Of a stretch of 14,431 bases of DNA, positions 1-6,046 are shown piece after piece (position 1 is the stretch's first letter; every line of letters starts with the position of its first letter). The stretch lies in the UHGV virus genome UHGV-1968440; one strand, written 5' to 3'. Source of the DNA: a virus. The notes below the pieces were generated by a model that saw nothing but the letters and a program-made list of their open reading frames with translations, was not told the DNA's origin and did not search any database. The position numbers and the translations under genes are program-made.

Positions 1-57
1 GGTATCCGTTCTGCTGAAGTGTCATGGCGTTGATTTTACGGTGACTCTTCGACAGTG

Positions 58-83
58 AAAAGAAAAAAGGCCGCAGAGCGGCC
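58..83 (-). terminator. Rho-independent terminator closing the leftward int-cargo operon
   Basis: 6-bp GC stem ggccgc/gcggcc (69..83) with 3-nt loop; on the minus strand it is followed by TTTTTTCTTTT (plus-strand A-tract 58..68); lies ~125 bp downstream of the stop of the 209..646 gene. Confidence 0.6.
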
Positions 84-208
84 ATAAACACAAGTAAAAA
101 TCAATAAGTTAGATAATTATCAAAGGCTTACAGACACACAAAAACACAGCCAACCACAACAAATAACAGGGATGTGGTCACTTTGTGGATCATATCGCCG
201 CCATAAAT

Positions 209-646
209 TTACTTAATAACAGTAACCACAGCCACAAGCACAGCCATCGCAGACAGGACAATACCTGTGAGTAACCAAGTCTGATTTGCAAATGATTTCT
301 GAAGTTCAGTACGATGCTCAGCCATCTCAACTTTCAGAGACTGGCGTAAATCAGCCATCTCAGACTTCAGGGATTGGCGCGATTCTGCCATCTCAAGCCT
401 CAACCCTTCGCGAATCTCCAGTACATCAGATTTGGTAGCAAAGGATTCGCTTCTTGTGGTGAGAGTAATCAGGTTGTTTTTGATTTCAGTCACATCACTT
501 TCCAGGCAACTGACCCGCCGTTCAAGGTCGTCATTCATGCCATCACCTCCATCATTACCACTTCCTGTTACTTGGTTGTTGGATACATTATAGGCATTCT
601 CTTTCTTTTTTCTGAACCGCGAAATATGTGCAACATTCTCTGCCAT
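209..646 (-). CDS. Hypothetical coiled-coil, C-terminally membrane-anchored protein (prophage cargo downstream of int)
   Basis: Track ORF 209..649; ATG at 644..646 is the likely start (the GTG at 647..649 is the track start). Translation has three tandem ~11-residue repeats (LRLEMAESRQS / LKSEMADLRQS / LKVEMAEHRTE) and a hydrophobic C-terminal segment WLLTGIVLSAMAVLVAVVTVIK. Start overlaps the stop of the upstream gene (TGATG). Confidence 0.55.
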   Translation of the reverse strand: MAENVAHISRFRKKKENAYNVSNNQVTGSGNDGGDGMNDDLERRVSCLESDVTEIKNNLITLTTRSESFATKSDVLEIREGLRLEMAESRQSLKSEMADLRQSLKVEMAEHRTELQKSFANQTWLLTGIVLSAMAVLVAVVTVIK

Positions 647-1008
647 CACTTCTCATCACCCTGCTTGCCTACCCAGTTCATAAAGGCCCGGGCCGAGTAA
701 CGATGAACAAACCCACATCTGTTACAGGTAAGTCGGAATTCATAGTTATGGATATTTTCCCGATCATGTCCCTCATATCCCGGATACCCAGTAAATGGAC
801 CGATATAATCAAGCATAACAAGAGTGCCTAAATCACACTCCTCAGCAGTTTTCGGCTCAGACCCCACCTCAACAATATTCGTCAAATACATGTACATATC
901 CGTATCGCCACACGACAAACATTTTTCATTCGTAGACGACTCATTGAGAAAACGCGCAAAATTATCGAGCGTTGCCATTCTTTTAAGTTCATCTATATCA
1001 AACTTCAC
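646..1008 (-). CDS. Hypothetical Cys-rich protein (possible zinc ribbon), co-transcribed with int
   Basis: Track ORF 646..1008; GTG start preceded by a strong SD AGGAGGTG (reverse complement of 1016..1023) placed inside the int 3' end; two Cys pairs (CLSCG and CNRCG); starts 2 nt after the int stop. Confidence 0.55.
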   Translation of the reverse strand: MKFDIDELKRMATLDNFARFLNESSTNEKCLSCGDTDMYMYLTNIVEVGSEPKTAEECDLGTLVMLDYIGPFTGYPGYEGHDRENIHNYEFRLTCNRCGFVHRYSARAFMNWVGKQGDEK

Positions 1009-1010
1009 TC

Positions 1011-1988
1011 TTAAGCACCTCCTAGTGGATTAAACCTCACCGCATCCTGCAGGTAATCCGGCGCAAGATGGGCATAAATCATCGTTGTCTGAATCTTTGC
1101 GTGCCCCAGAATTTTCTGGAGCGTCAGAATATTGCCGCCGTTCATCATGAAATGACTGGCGAAGGTGTGGCGCAGCGCATGAACAGCCTGGCCGTCAGGA
1201 ACATCAGGTGCGACCGTTTTGATGACATCGCGAACCAATGAATAATCCAGCGTCGGAAACACCAGTTTCCCGCCCCGTTTTTTGATCTTTTCAAACAGGC
1301 TTTCAGAAATAGGAACGGTACGGTTTTTGCTGTTCTTCGTTTTTGAAAAAGTGATTCGACAATGAAGAACACGGCGCTGCTCCAGTGCCGCTACCTCGCC
1401 CCATTGCGCCCCGGTCGACAGAAGGATTTCGACAGCCAGCCGTTCATCGGGATTTTCAGCCAGTGCATCCAGCAACTGAACACATTCAGACTTACTCAGG
1501 TATCCCATTTCGCGCTCGTTAACCTTCATTCCTTTAAGGCCTTGAACGGGGTTATCGTTAAGAAAATGGCCGGATGAGATGAGTGCGGTAAACATCGCGC
1601 TTAACGCCCCAATCTCTCGATTTATGGTGCTGGGCTGTATCCCCTGCTCTATCCTGGACACACGTAGCTCGGTGAGCATCGTTGTATTAAGTTTATGCAC
1701 GCACGGGTCATCCATTGCCTCACTCAAGCGCAGCAATTTAAGGCGCGTGTTATGCCCTGACTTCATTAGCTGGCCGTGGTATTTCCACCACAAGTCAATA
1801 AGCACTGACAGCGGACGGCGATCAATAGAGTTTCCTTTCCACTCATTGTTATGCTGTTGCGCCAGCACCCACCGCTCATATAAAACTGCATCCGATTTCG
1901 TTTTAAATTTTTTACGAATGCGTTTGCCTTTACGCCCCTCCGGGCGTATGTCAAGAAGATACCCTCCCGGAATTGATTTTATGCTCAT
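1011..1988 (-). CDS. int: Tyrosine integrase, P2 Int-like
   Basis: Track ORF 1011..2138; likely start at internal M (MSIKSIPGGYLLDIRPEGRKGKRIRKKFKTKSDAV...) at 1986..1988, giving ~325 aa. C-terminal catalytic region HALRHTFASHFMMNGGNILTLQKILGHAKIQTTMIYAHLAP carries the R/H..H/Y signature of tyrosine recombinases. N-terminal segment resembles P2 integrase as I recall it. Confidence 0.9.
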   Translation of the reverse strand: MSIKSIPGGYLLDIRPEGRKGKRIRKKFKTKSDAVLYERWVLAQQHNNEWKGNSIDRRPLSVLIDLWWKYHGQLMKSGHNTRLKLLRLSEAMDDPCVHKLNTTMLTELRVSRIEQGIQPSTINREIGALSAMFTALISSGHFLNDNPVQGLKGMKVNEREMGYLSKSECVQLLDALAENPDERLAVEILLSTGAQWGEVAALEQRRVLHCRITFSKTKNSKNRTVPISESLFEKIKKRGGKLVFPTLDYSLVRDVIKTVAPDVPDGQAVHALRHTFASHFMMNGGNILTLQKILGHAKIQTTMIYAHLAPDYLQDAVRFNPLGGA

Positions 1989-2037
1989 TCGTGAAACCCC
2001 AGCGTTACAAGACCACCATGCCCCCAGCGCTCCATGA

Positions 2038-2346
2038 TTAGCCGGGCTGTGTGCCAGTCTTGCGGGGTTTTTGAGAAGGCGATGTGCTTTTTGGCCCATC
2101 AGGGGAGAGAGACGGACTGATCTGCCCAGCAGCCTCATTTGTTTTTCCCGTCATAAGCCAATTCATGTACTTAAAAAAGCGAGGGTGATTAACAATCTTG
2201 ATAAGCACTTCGCCCCCTATGTTTTCAATCCGCCCCGTTTCATAACGACGCAAAGTGCCGATAGGCACATCAATCAGGCCGCAAAATTCTTCGCGCGTTA
2301 AATCCTCTGATTCACGAATCACTCTAATTTTTTCACCGATAAGCAT
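2038..2346 (-). CDS. Immunity repressor, P2 C-type small HTH protein
   Basis: Track ORF 2038..2382; probable start at M13 (MLIGEKIRV..., ATG at 2344..2346). HTH-like segment LTREEFCGLIDVPIGTLRRYETGR. Sits between int and a divergently transcribed Cox-like gene, as in P2-like phages. Confidence 0.75.
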   Translation of the reverse strand: MLIGEKIRVIRESEDLTREEFCGLIDVPIGTLRRYETGRIENIGGEVLIKIVNHPRFFKYMNWLMTGKTNEAAGQISPSLSPDGPKSTSPSQKPRKTGTQPG

Positions 2347-2442
2347 TGACAGTGTTCCTATAAGTACACTAAGCTTGCGCACAAGGTGTACTTATAAGTA
2401 CACCAAGTCACAAACAACCACAGATAGCGCAGGTTATCACAC
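2347..2442. promoter_or_regulatory. Divergent immunity-switch region with operator-like repeats
   Basis: Direct repeat TATAAGTACAC at 2359..2369 and 2393..2403 (34 bp apart) plus an inverted copy GTGTACTTAT at 2386..2395, in the 96-bp gap between the divergent repressor and Cox-like genes. P2-type repressors are known to bind direct repeats around the early promoter. Confidence 0.5.
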
Positions 2443-2721
2443 ATGGCAAAAGTCCTGAACACACACGAACAGGCAGACTTTGAGCGTTTAGCAGCGTTCT
2501 ATCCCTACCGCGATGAGCATGGGTTACCAGTACTTGAAGAAAGCCTGAAAGATTACGCAAAGCGTACCAACCAAGCTGTTAACACAGTGAAAAGACAGGC
2601 TGACAGAGGTTCAATTCCCATCAACCAGGATGAAAAGAACTCAAGACGCACAGTAAATCTCTTCGCTCTTTTCCTGAAAACAATCAGGAGCGCAGAAAAA
2701 TACGTGCAGATGACAAAATAA
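2443..2721 (+). CDS. Cox/Apl-like small DNA-binding protein (excisionase / early regulator), putative
   Basis: 92-aa ORF, first gene of the rightward early operon. Segment YAKRTNQAVNTVKRQADRGSIP fits the AlpA/Cox-type HTH pattern. Position is equivalent to P2 cox. Confidence 0.6.
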   Translation: MAKVLNTHEQADFERLAAFYPYRDEHGLPVLEESLKDYAKRTNQAVNTVKRQADRGSIPINQDEKNSRRTVNLFALFLKTIRSAEKYVQMTK

Positions 2722-2735
2722 CGAGGTGTCATTTT

Positions 2736-3074
2736 ATGCTGAAGCAACGCCGTAATTTTCGTACCGGAACAGAACGCCACGCTAACCGTTTCACTACCAG
2801 TGCATCACGCAGCAACTCTCGCTACAGCCTGAGTGATACACACGCAACGCCGGATGGCTACCCAGTAAAACAAATCGGCGAGCACGCCTGGCTGATTGAG
2901 AAAGCTGGAATCGTGATCCACAAATGCCCACGCAATCCGTTTACCGGAAACCGCATTTTTGCATTGAGCTGTGGCGACAATCAGTTCGGGCAGGATTTCA
3001 CATTATACGAAGCACTTCGCACGGTTGATCGTCTGCTTCGCGGGCAAAGTTTTATTAAACAGGCTGATTTATAA
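2736..3074 (+). CDS. Hypothetical early protein
   Basis: 112-aa ORF; SD GAGGTG at 2724..2729, 6 nt before the ATG; begins 15 nt after the Cox-like stop. Confidence 0.6.
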   Translation: MLKQRRNFRTGTERHANRFTTSASRSNSRYSLSDTHATPDGYPVKQIGEHAWLIEKAGIVIHKCPRNPFTGNRIFALSCGDNQFGQDFTLYEALRTVDRLLRGQSFIKQADL

Positions 3075-3084
3075 CAGGCGCTTT

Positions 3085-3372
3085 ATGACCAAAGACCATG
3101 CACAAGGTGTATTTATCCGTTTTATTGATTTTCGCGGTGAACTGTTATTACGTGCATCCGCTATTGACGGAGTGACTCCGGCGGGTAAAAACGGAACCGA
3201 CGAAGCCACTTACGTTTATCTGAACGGCACGCGACTGCTTGTGGAACTTCCGTACCAGACCGTACGAGAAATCATTAGCGAAGCTGAAAAGGCACGCCAG
3301 GTTAATGCCGATGAACCCTATATCGAAATTATTTGTATGGATTCAGAAGCTGAAATACAGAAAGCAGATTAA
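3085..3372 (+). CDS. Hypothetical early protein
   Basis: Track ORF 2971..3372 overlaps the previous gene; in-frame ATG at 3085 (MTKDHAQGVF...) starts 11 nt after the upstream stop, giving ~95 aa. Confidence 0.5.
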   Translation: MTKDHAQGVFIRFIDFRGELLLRASAIDGVTPAGKNGTDEATYVYLNGTRLLVELPYQTVREIISEAEKARQVNADEPYIEIICMDSEAEIQKAD

Positions 3373-3383
3373 AGGGCGTTGTG

Positions 3384-3626
3384 ATGGGCAAAGAATATAA
3401 AACTCTCATTAACAAAGCACTTGAGCGTTTTTATTTTCGCTTAAGTGCATCAGGCGCTCATGCTGAACGTGCGGCCCGTGACTCATTGACCAGAGCAATC
3501 CGAAGTCTGTATGACGTGGCTTTTTACGCTGATGATCTGGATGCACTTAACGAACTTTCCGAGCTGATCTGTGCCGCAGAATGCGGGGAACATATTGAAC
3601 CGTATAAGTTGGGAAATATCGCATGA
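3384..3626 (+). CDS. Hypothetical early protein
   Basis: Track ORF 3381..3626; ATG at 3384 with AAAGGG 7 nt upstream; ~80 aa. Confidence 0.5.
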   Translation: MGKEYKTLINKALERFYFRLSASGAHAERAARDSLTRAIRSLYDVAFYADDLDALNELSELICAAECGEHIEPYKLGNIA

Positions 3627-3736
3627 GTATATTTATCTCATGGCTTGTTCTGATTATTTCGGTGGTCTGCGCCATTGGGATTATGCGAATTATTAATTCA
3701 GTGAAAAAGATCGAGCGTTTTTTCTCTGATGAATAA
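3623..3736 (+). CDS. Small hydrophobic membrane peptide (37 aa)
   Basis: Hand-translated (below the track size cutoff): MSIFISWLVLIISVVCAIGIMRIINSVKKIERFFSDE. ATG overlaps the upstream TGA (ATGA). One predicted transmembrane helix followed by a basic tail. Confidence 0.4.
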   Translation: MSIFISWLVLIISVVCAIGIMRIINSVKKIERFFSDE

Positions 3737-3828
3737 CGATACAAATAAAACATCAAATTAAATAAGAAAACGTGAAAACCATCCGTATTAATGGAGGTAT
3801 TCGCACGCGTAAATAACGGAGATATAAA

Positions 3829-4245
3829 ATGAAAGCAAAAGAAGAAGGCATTATCGACACATTTAAAAAAATATCAGAAGCGGAAGATGAAATGGCTAAA
3901 GATGCCGTGAAGCGTAGCCAACATATGGCAGCACTTCACGCACTGACCATTGCAAAAATCACCGCTGACGCAGCCAAAATTATTGAGGAACAGGGCAAAG
4001 AAATCGATACTCTTAAAACACAGTCAACAGTTGCAGCCATGAATCCGTCCAGCATTGGACGCCGCATTTACATTCTTGGTTCGGCAATAATGACGCAATA
4101 CACCATTATTGCCGAACTGCACGGCAAATACCTGATAACGCCTTACCACACAAAAGAGTCAGAGCTTCTGACAAATCTCCGCCTGATAGAACGCTCTCAA
4201 GCTGTATTCATTGATGACGCGCAACGTGCCGTATTTAACGCATAG
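3829..4245 (+). CDS. Hypothetical protein in an AT-rich segment (possible moron)
   Basis: 138-aa ORF; SD GGAG at 3818..3821, 7 nt before the ATG; preceded by a ~90-bp AT-rich stretch (3738..3828). Confidence 0.6.
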   Translation: MKAKEEGIIDTFKKISEAEDEMAKDAVKRSQHMAALHALTIAKITADAAKIIEEQGKEIDTLKTQSTVAAMNPSSIGRRIYILGSAIMTQYTIIAELHGKYLITPYHTKESELLTNLRLIERSQAVFIDDAQRAVFNA

Positions 4246-4268
4246 GGTTACTGGACAAAGGGGGCGCA

Positions 4269-4472
4269 ATGGCAATTAAGCATTTTCCCGTCGTTCGCTT
4301 TACCTCCAGAGGGCGCGAATACGAGGTCGACGAACGCCTGATTACCACTATCGACAAACATCGTTCGGAAAAGGATGCACACCACATCTACCTCACTGAC
4401 GGCACTTACTTCTGCGCCACCAACGTGGCGCGAGTAAATCTTATCCGACAGGTACAGGAGCCACGCAGATGA
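4269..4472 (+). CDS. Hypothetical small protein
   Basis: 67-aa ORF with G-rich SD before the ATG; its stop overlaps the next start (ATGA). Confidence 0.5.
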   Translation: MAIKHFPVVRFTSRGREYEVDERLITTIDKHRSEKDAHHIYLTDGTYFCATNVARVNLIRQVQEPRR

Positions 4473-4735
4473 CCATTCTGGACTACATCGCTACTCATCC
4501 GGGGTGTAGCGGCGGAGAGATCGCCGCAGCACTGAATACCCCAACCACAGCCATTAATGCTGAGTTACGCCGACTTTGGCGCGGCGGCTTAGTCATCAGA
4601 ACAAACCGCAGCACAGGTGGTCGCGCTCGCAAAACAGGAGGCCAGGCTTCTTACCACGTAAACCCGATGCCGTTCGGGTGTAGCAATCCACTTACTCACA
4701 TGTTTAACCAGCTACTGAAGGAAGCCAGAGCATGA
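4469..4735 (+). CDS. Small winged-helix-like DNA-binding protein, putative
   Basis: 88-aa ORF; SD AGGAG at 4456..4460; N-terminal MTILDYIATHPGCSGGEIAAALNTP resembles a winged-HTH recognition segment; ATGA overlap with both neighbours. Confidence 0.5.
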   Translation: MTILDYIATHPGCSGGEIAAALNTPTTAINAELRRLWRGGLVIRTNRSTGGRARKTGGQASYHVNPMPFGCSNPLTHMFNQLLKEARA

Positions 4736-5031
4736 GCACCATCAACCACCAGAAGCTACGCGAACTGGCATTTGCCCTGCAACGAATGGCAACGCCTCAA
4801 AAATTACTGGCATTTCGCGCAATGCTCTCGCCGTCTGCTGTGCTGGCACTGCTGAATGAGCTGGAGCACGCCAGAACCACGGCTCCTGCCATTCGCCTGA
4901 CGCTCCATCATGAAATCGCTGATTTCTGCGCGACGTTGGAGGCGCCGGGCGAACCGGAAACGCCGGAAGCAATACAGCAAGAGCTGCTGCAACGCATTGA
5001 CAAGGTTTTTGATTTTTTTCTGAACCAGTAA
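4732..5031 (+). CDS. Hypothetical early protein
   Basis: 99-aa ORF translationally coupled to the upstream gene (ATGA at 4732..4735). Confidence 0.5.
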   Translation: MSTINHQKLRELAFALQRMATPQKLLAFRAMLSPSAVLALLNELEHARTTAPAIRLTLHHEIADFCATLEAPGEPETPEAIQQELLQRIDKVFDFFLNQ

Positions 5032-5153
5032 GAAACCAGAACATGCACACACAAAAAAACCGCTTGCCATGCCGCAATCAGTCAGGTTACATTTCCGCTG
5101 CACCTCATAAAACGGGTGCCGGGATTTCCACCCCGCTGACAACCAAAGCGCAC

Positions 5154-5174
5154 AACCGCGCCAGCGGTTTTTTT
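5154..5174 (+). terminator. Candidate intrinsic terminator inside the early region
   Basis: Stem aaccgc/gcggtt with 4-nt loop followed by a run of seven T (5168..5174), ~120 bp after the stop at 5031. Confidence 0.45.
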
Positions 5175-5353
5175 GTGCGTACCGTATCGCCACGTCTTTT
5201 TCGCACACGAATTATGGTGGGGCGTACAGGGCCGACTTCGGTCGGGCCGGGTTCTTTGGTTGCCGGTTGTGGAAACCCTGTACGTCTCACCACCCCGAGT
5301 TTTCCACCTCTGGATGGTGAGTTTTCAAAACTTACAACCAAAGAGGCCACCCC

Positions 5354-5584
5354 ATGGCAAACCGCAAACAACAGCGCGCATACGCTGCGCGTCGTCACAT
5401 CCAGACTGAAATCAACCGCAGACTTTACCGCGCATCACGCGTCGCTCGTATCATGTTCATCAACATGTCACATGAGCACAGCCACGTGCTGTCAAACGCC
5501 TACTCCGCCGCAGTATTTAGCTATCTGGCGGATGATCTGCGCGAGCTTCAGCAGCTCATCGAGCAGCAAAACAAACCCCATTAA
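5354..5584 (+). CDS. Hypothetical small basic protein
   Basis: 76-aa ORF; SD AAGAGG at 5341..5346, 7 nt before the ATG. Confidence 0.55.
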   Translation: MANRKQQRAYAARRHIQTEINRRLYRASRVARIMFINMSHEHSHVLSNAYSAAVFSYLADDLRELQQLIEQQNKPH

Positions 5585-5656
5585 TTCCTGTTCCGGGCCT
5601 TTCCTGCACCTTGCGGCGGGAGGCCTTCGCACATCTGTAGTAAAGAGAATTGCAGC

Positions 5657-6046
5657 ATGATTGACGCTCATGACTTCACAAGATGGGTGCGCACACAGGA
5701 CACCCGTCTGGCTCCCGTTCTTCAGGGATTATTTGATCTCTACATCCGTGGTCGTGACAACAGAGCACGCACCACAAAACCGGAGAATGCAGACACCCTT
5801 TATTTCACAGTAGACGACTGCTACCGCGTGGACTTCACACCACACGGGCTGGCGTTGCACTGCCTGACACCACACGGAGAATCACTGCTGGCGTATTACG
5901 ACTCCCCGACCTCCGTATTTGCGGCAATGCTGGCGCATCGCACTGCTGGCGGGTGTGCCTCGCTGAGTGAATACACCGCTGAATTTAACCGCCTTTCTGC
6001 CCTCTTCTCGCAGGAGTGGCAGCGCGTGACGGGATACCAGCCATGA
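5657..6046 (+). CDS. Hypothetical protein translationally coupled to the replication initiator gene
   Basis: 129-aa ORF; its TGA (6044..6046) overlaps the ATG (6043..6045) of the downstream large gene. Confidence 0.6.
   Translation: MIDAHDFTRWVRTQDTRLAPVLQGLFDLYIRGRDNRARTTKPENADTLYFTVDDCYRVDFTPHGLALHCLTPHGESLLAYYDSPTSVFAAMLAHRTAGGCASLSEYTAEFNRLSALFSQEWQRVTGYQP

Noticed and set aside
1989-2138. Upstream 50-codon extension of int and 12-codon extension of the repressor given by the track
   Set aside because: The int extension would overlap the repressor gene by ~100 nt; the internal Met begins the integrase-like sequence. The repressor internal Met begins the P2 C-like region. Both starts remain unverified.
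5032-5353. Retron msr-msd non-coding RNA
   Set aside because: Retrons do occur on P2-family prophages, but no reverse-transcriptase gene follows; the downstream ORFs are 76 and 129 aa with no RT motifs.
5043-5660. 205-aa plus-strand track ORF spanning the early-region gap
   Set aside because: Ser/Thr/Pro/Cys-rich low-complexity translation, no ribosome-binding site, and overlap with the well-supported 5354..5584 gene and the terminator/hairpin structures; treated as a chance open frame.
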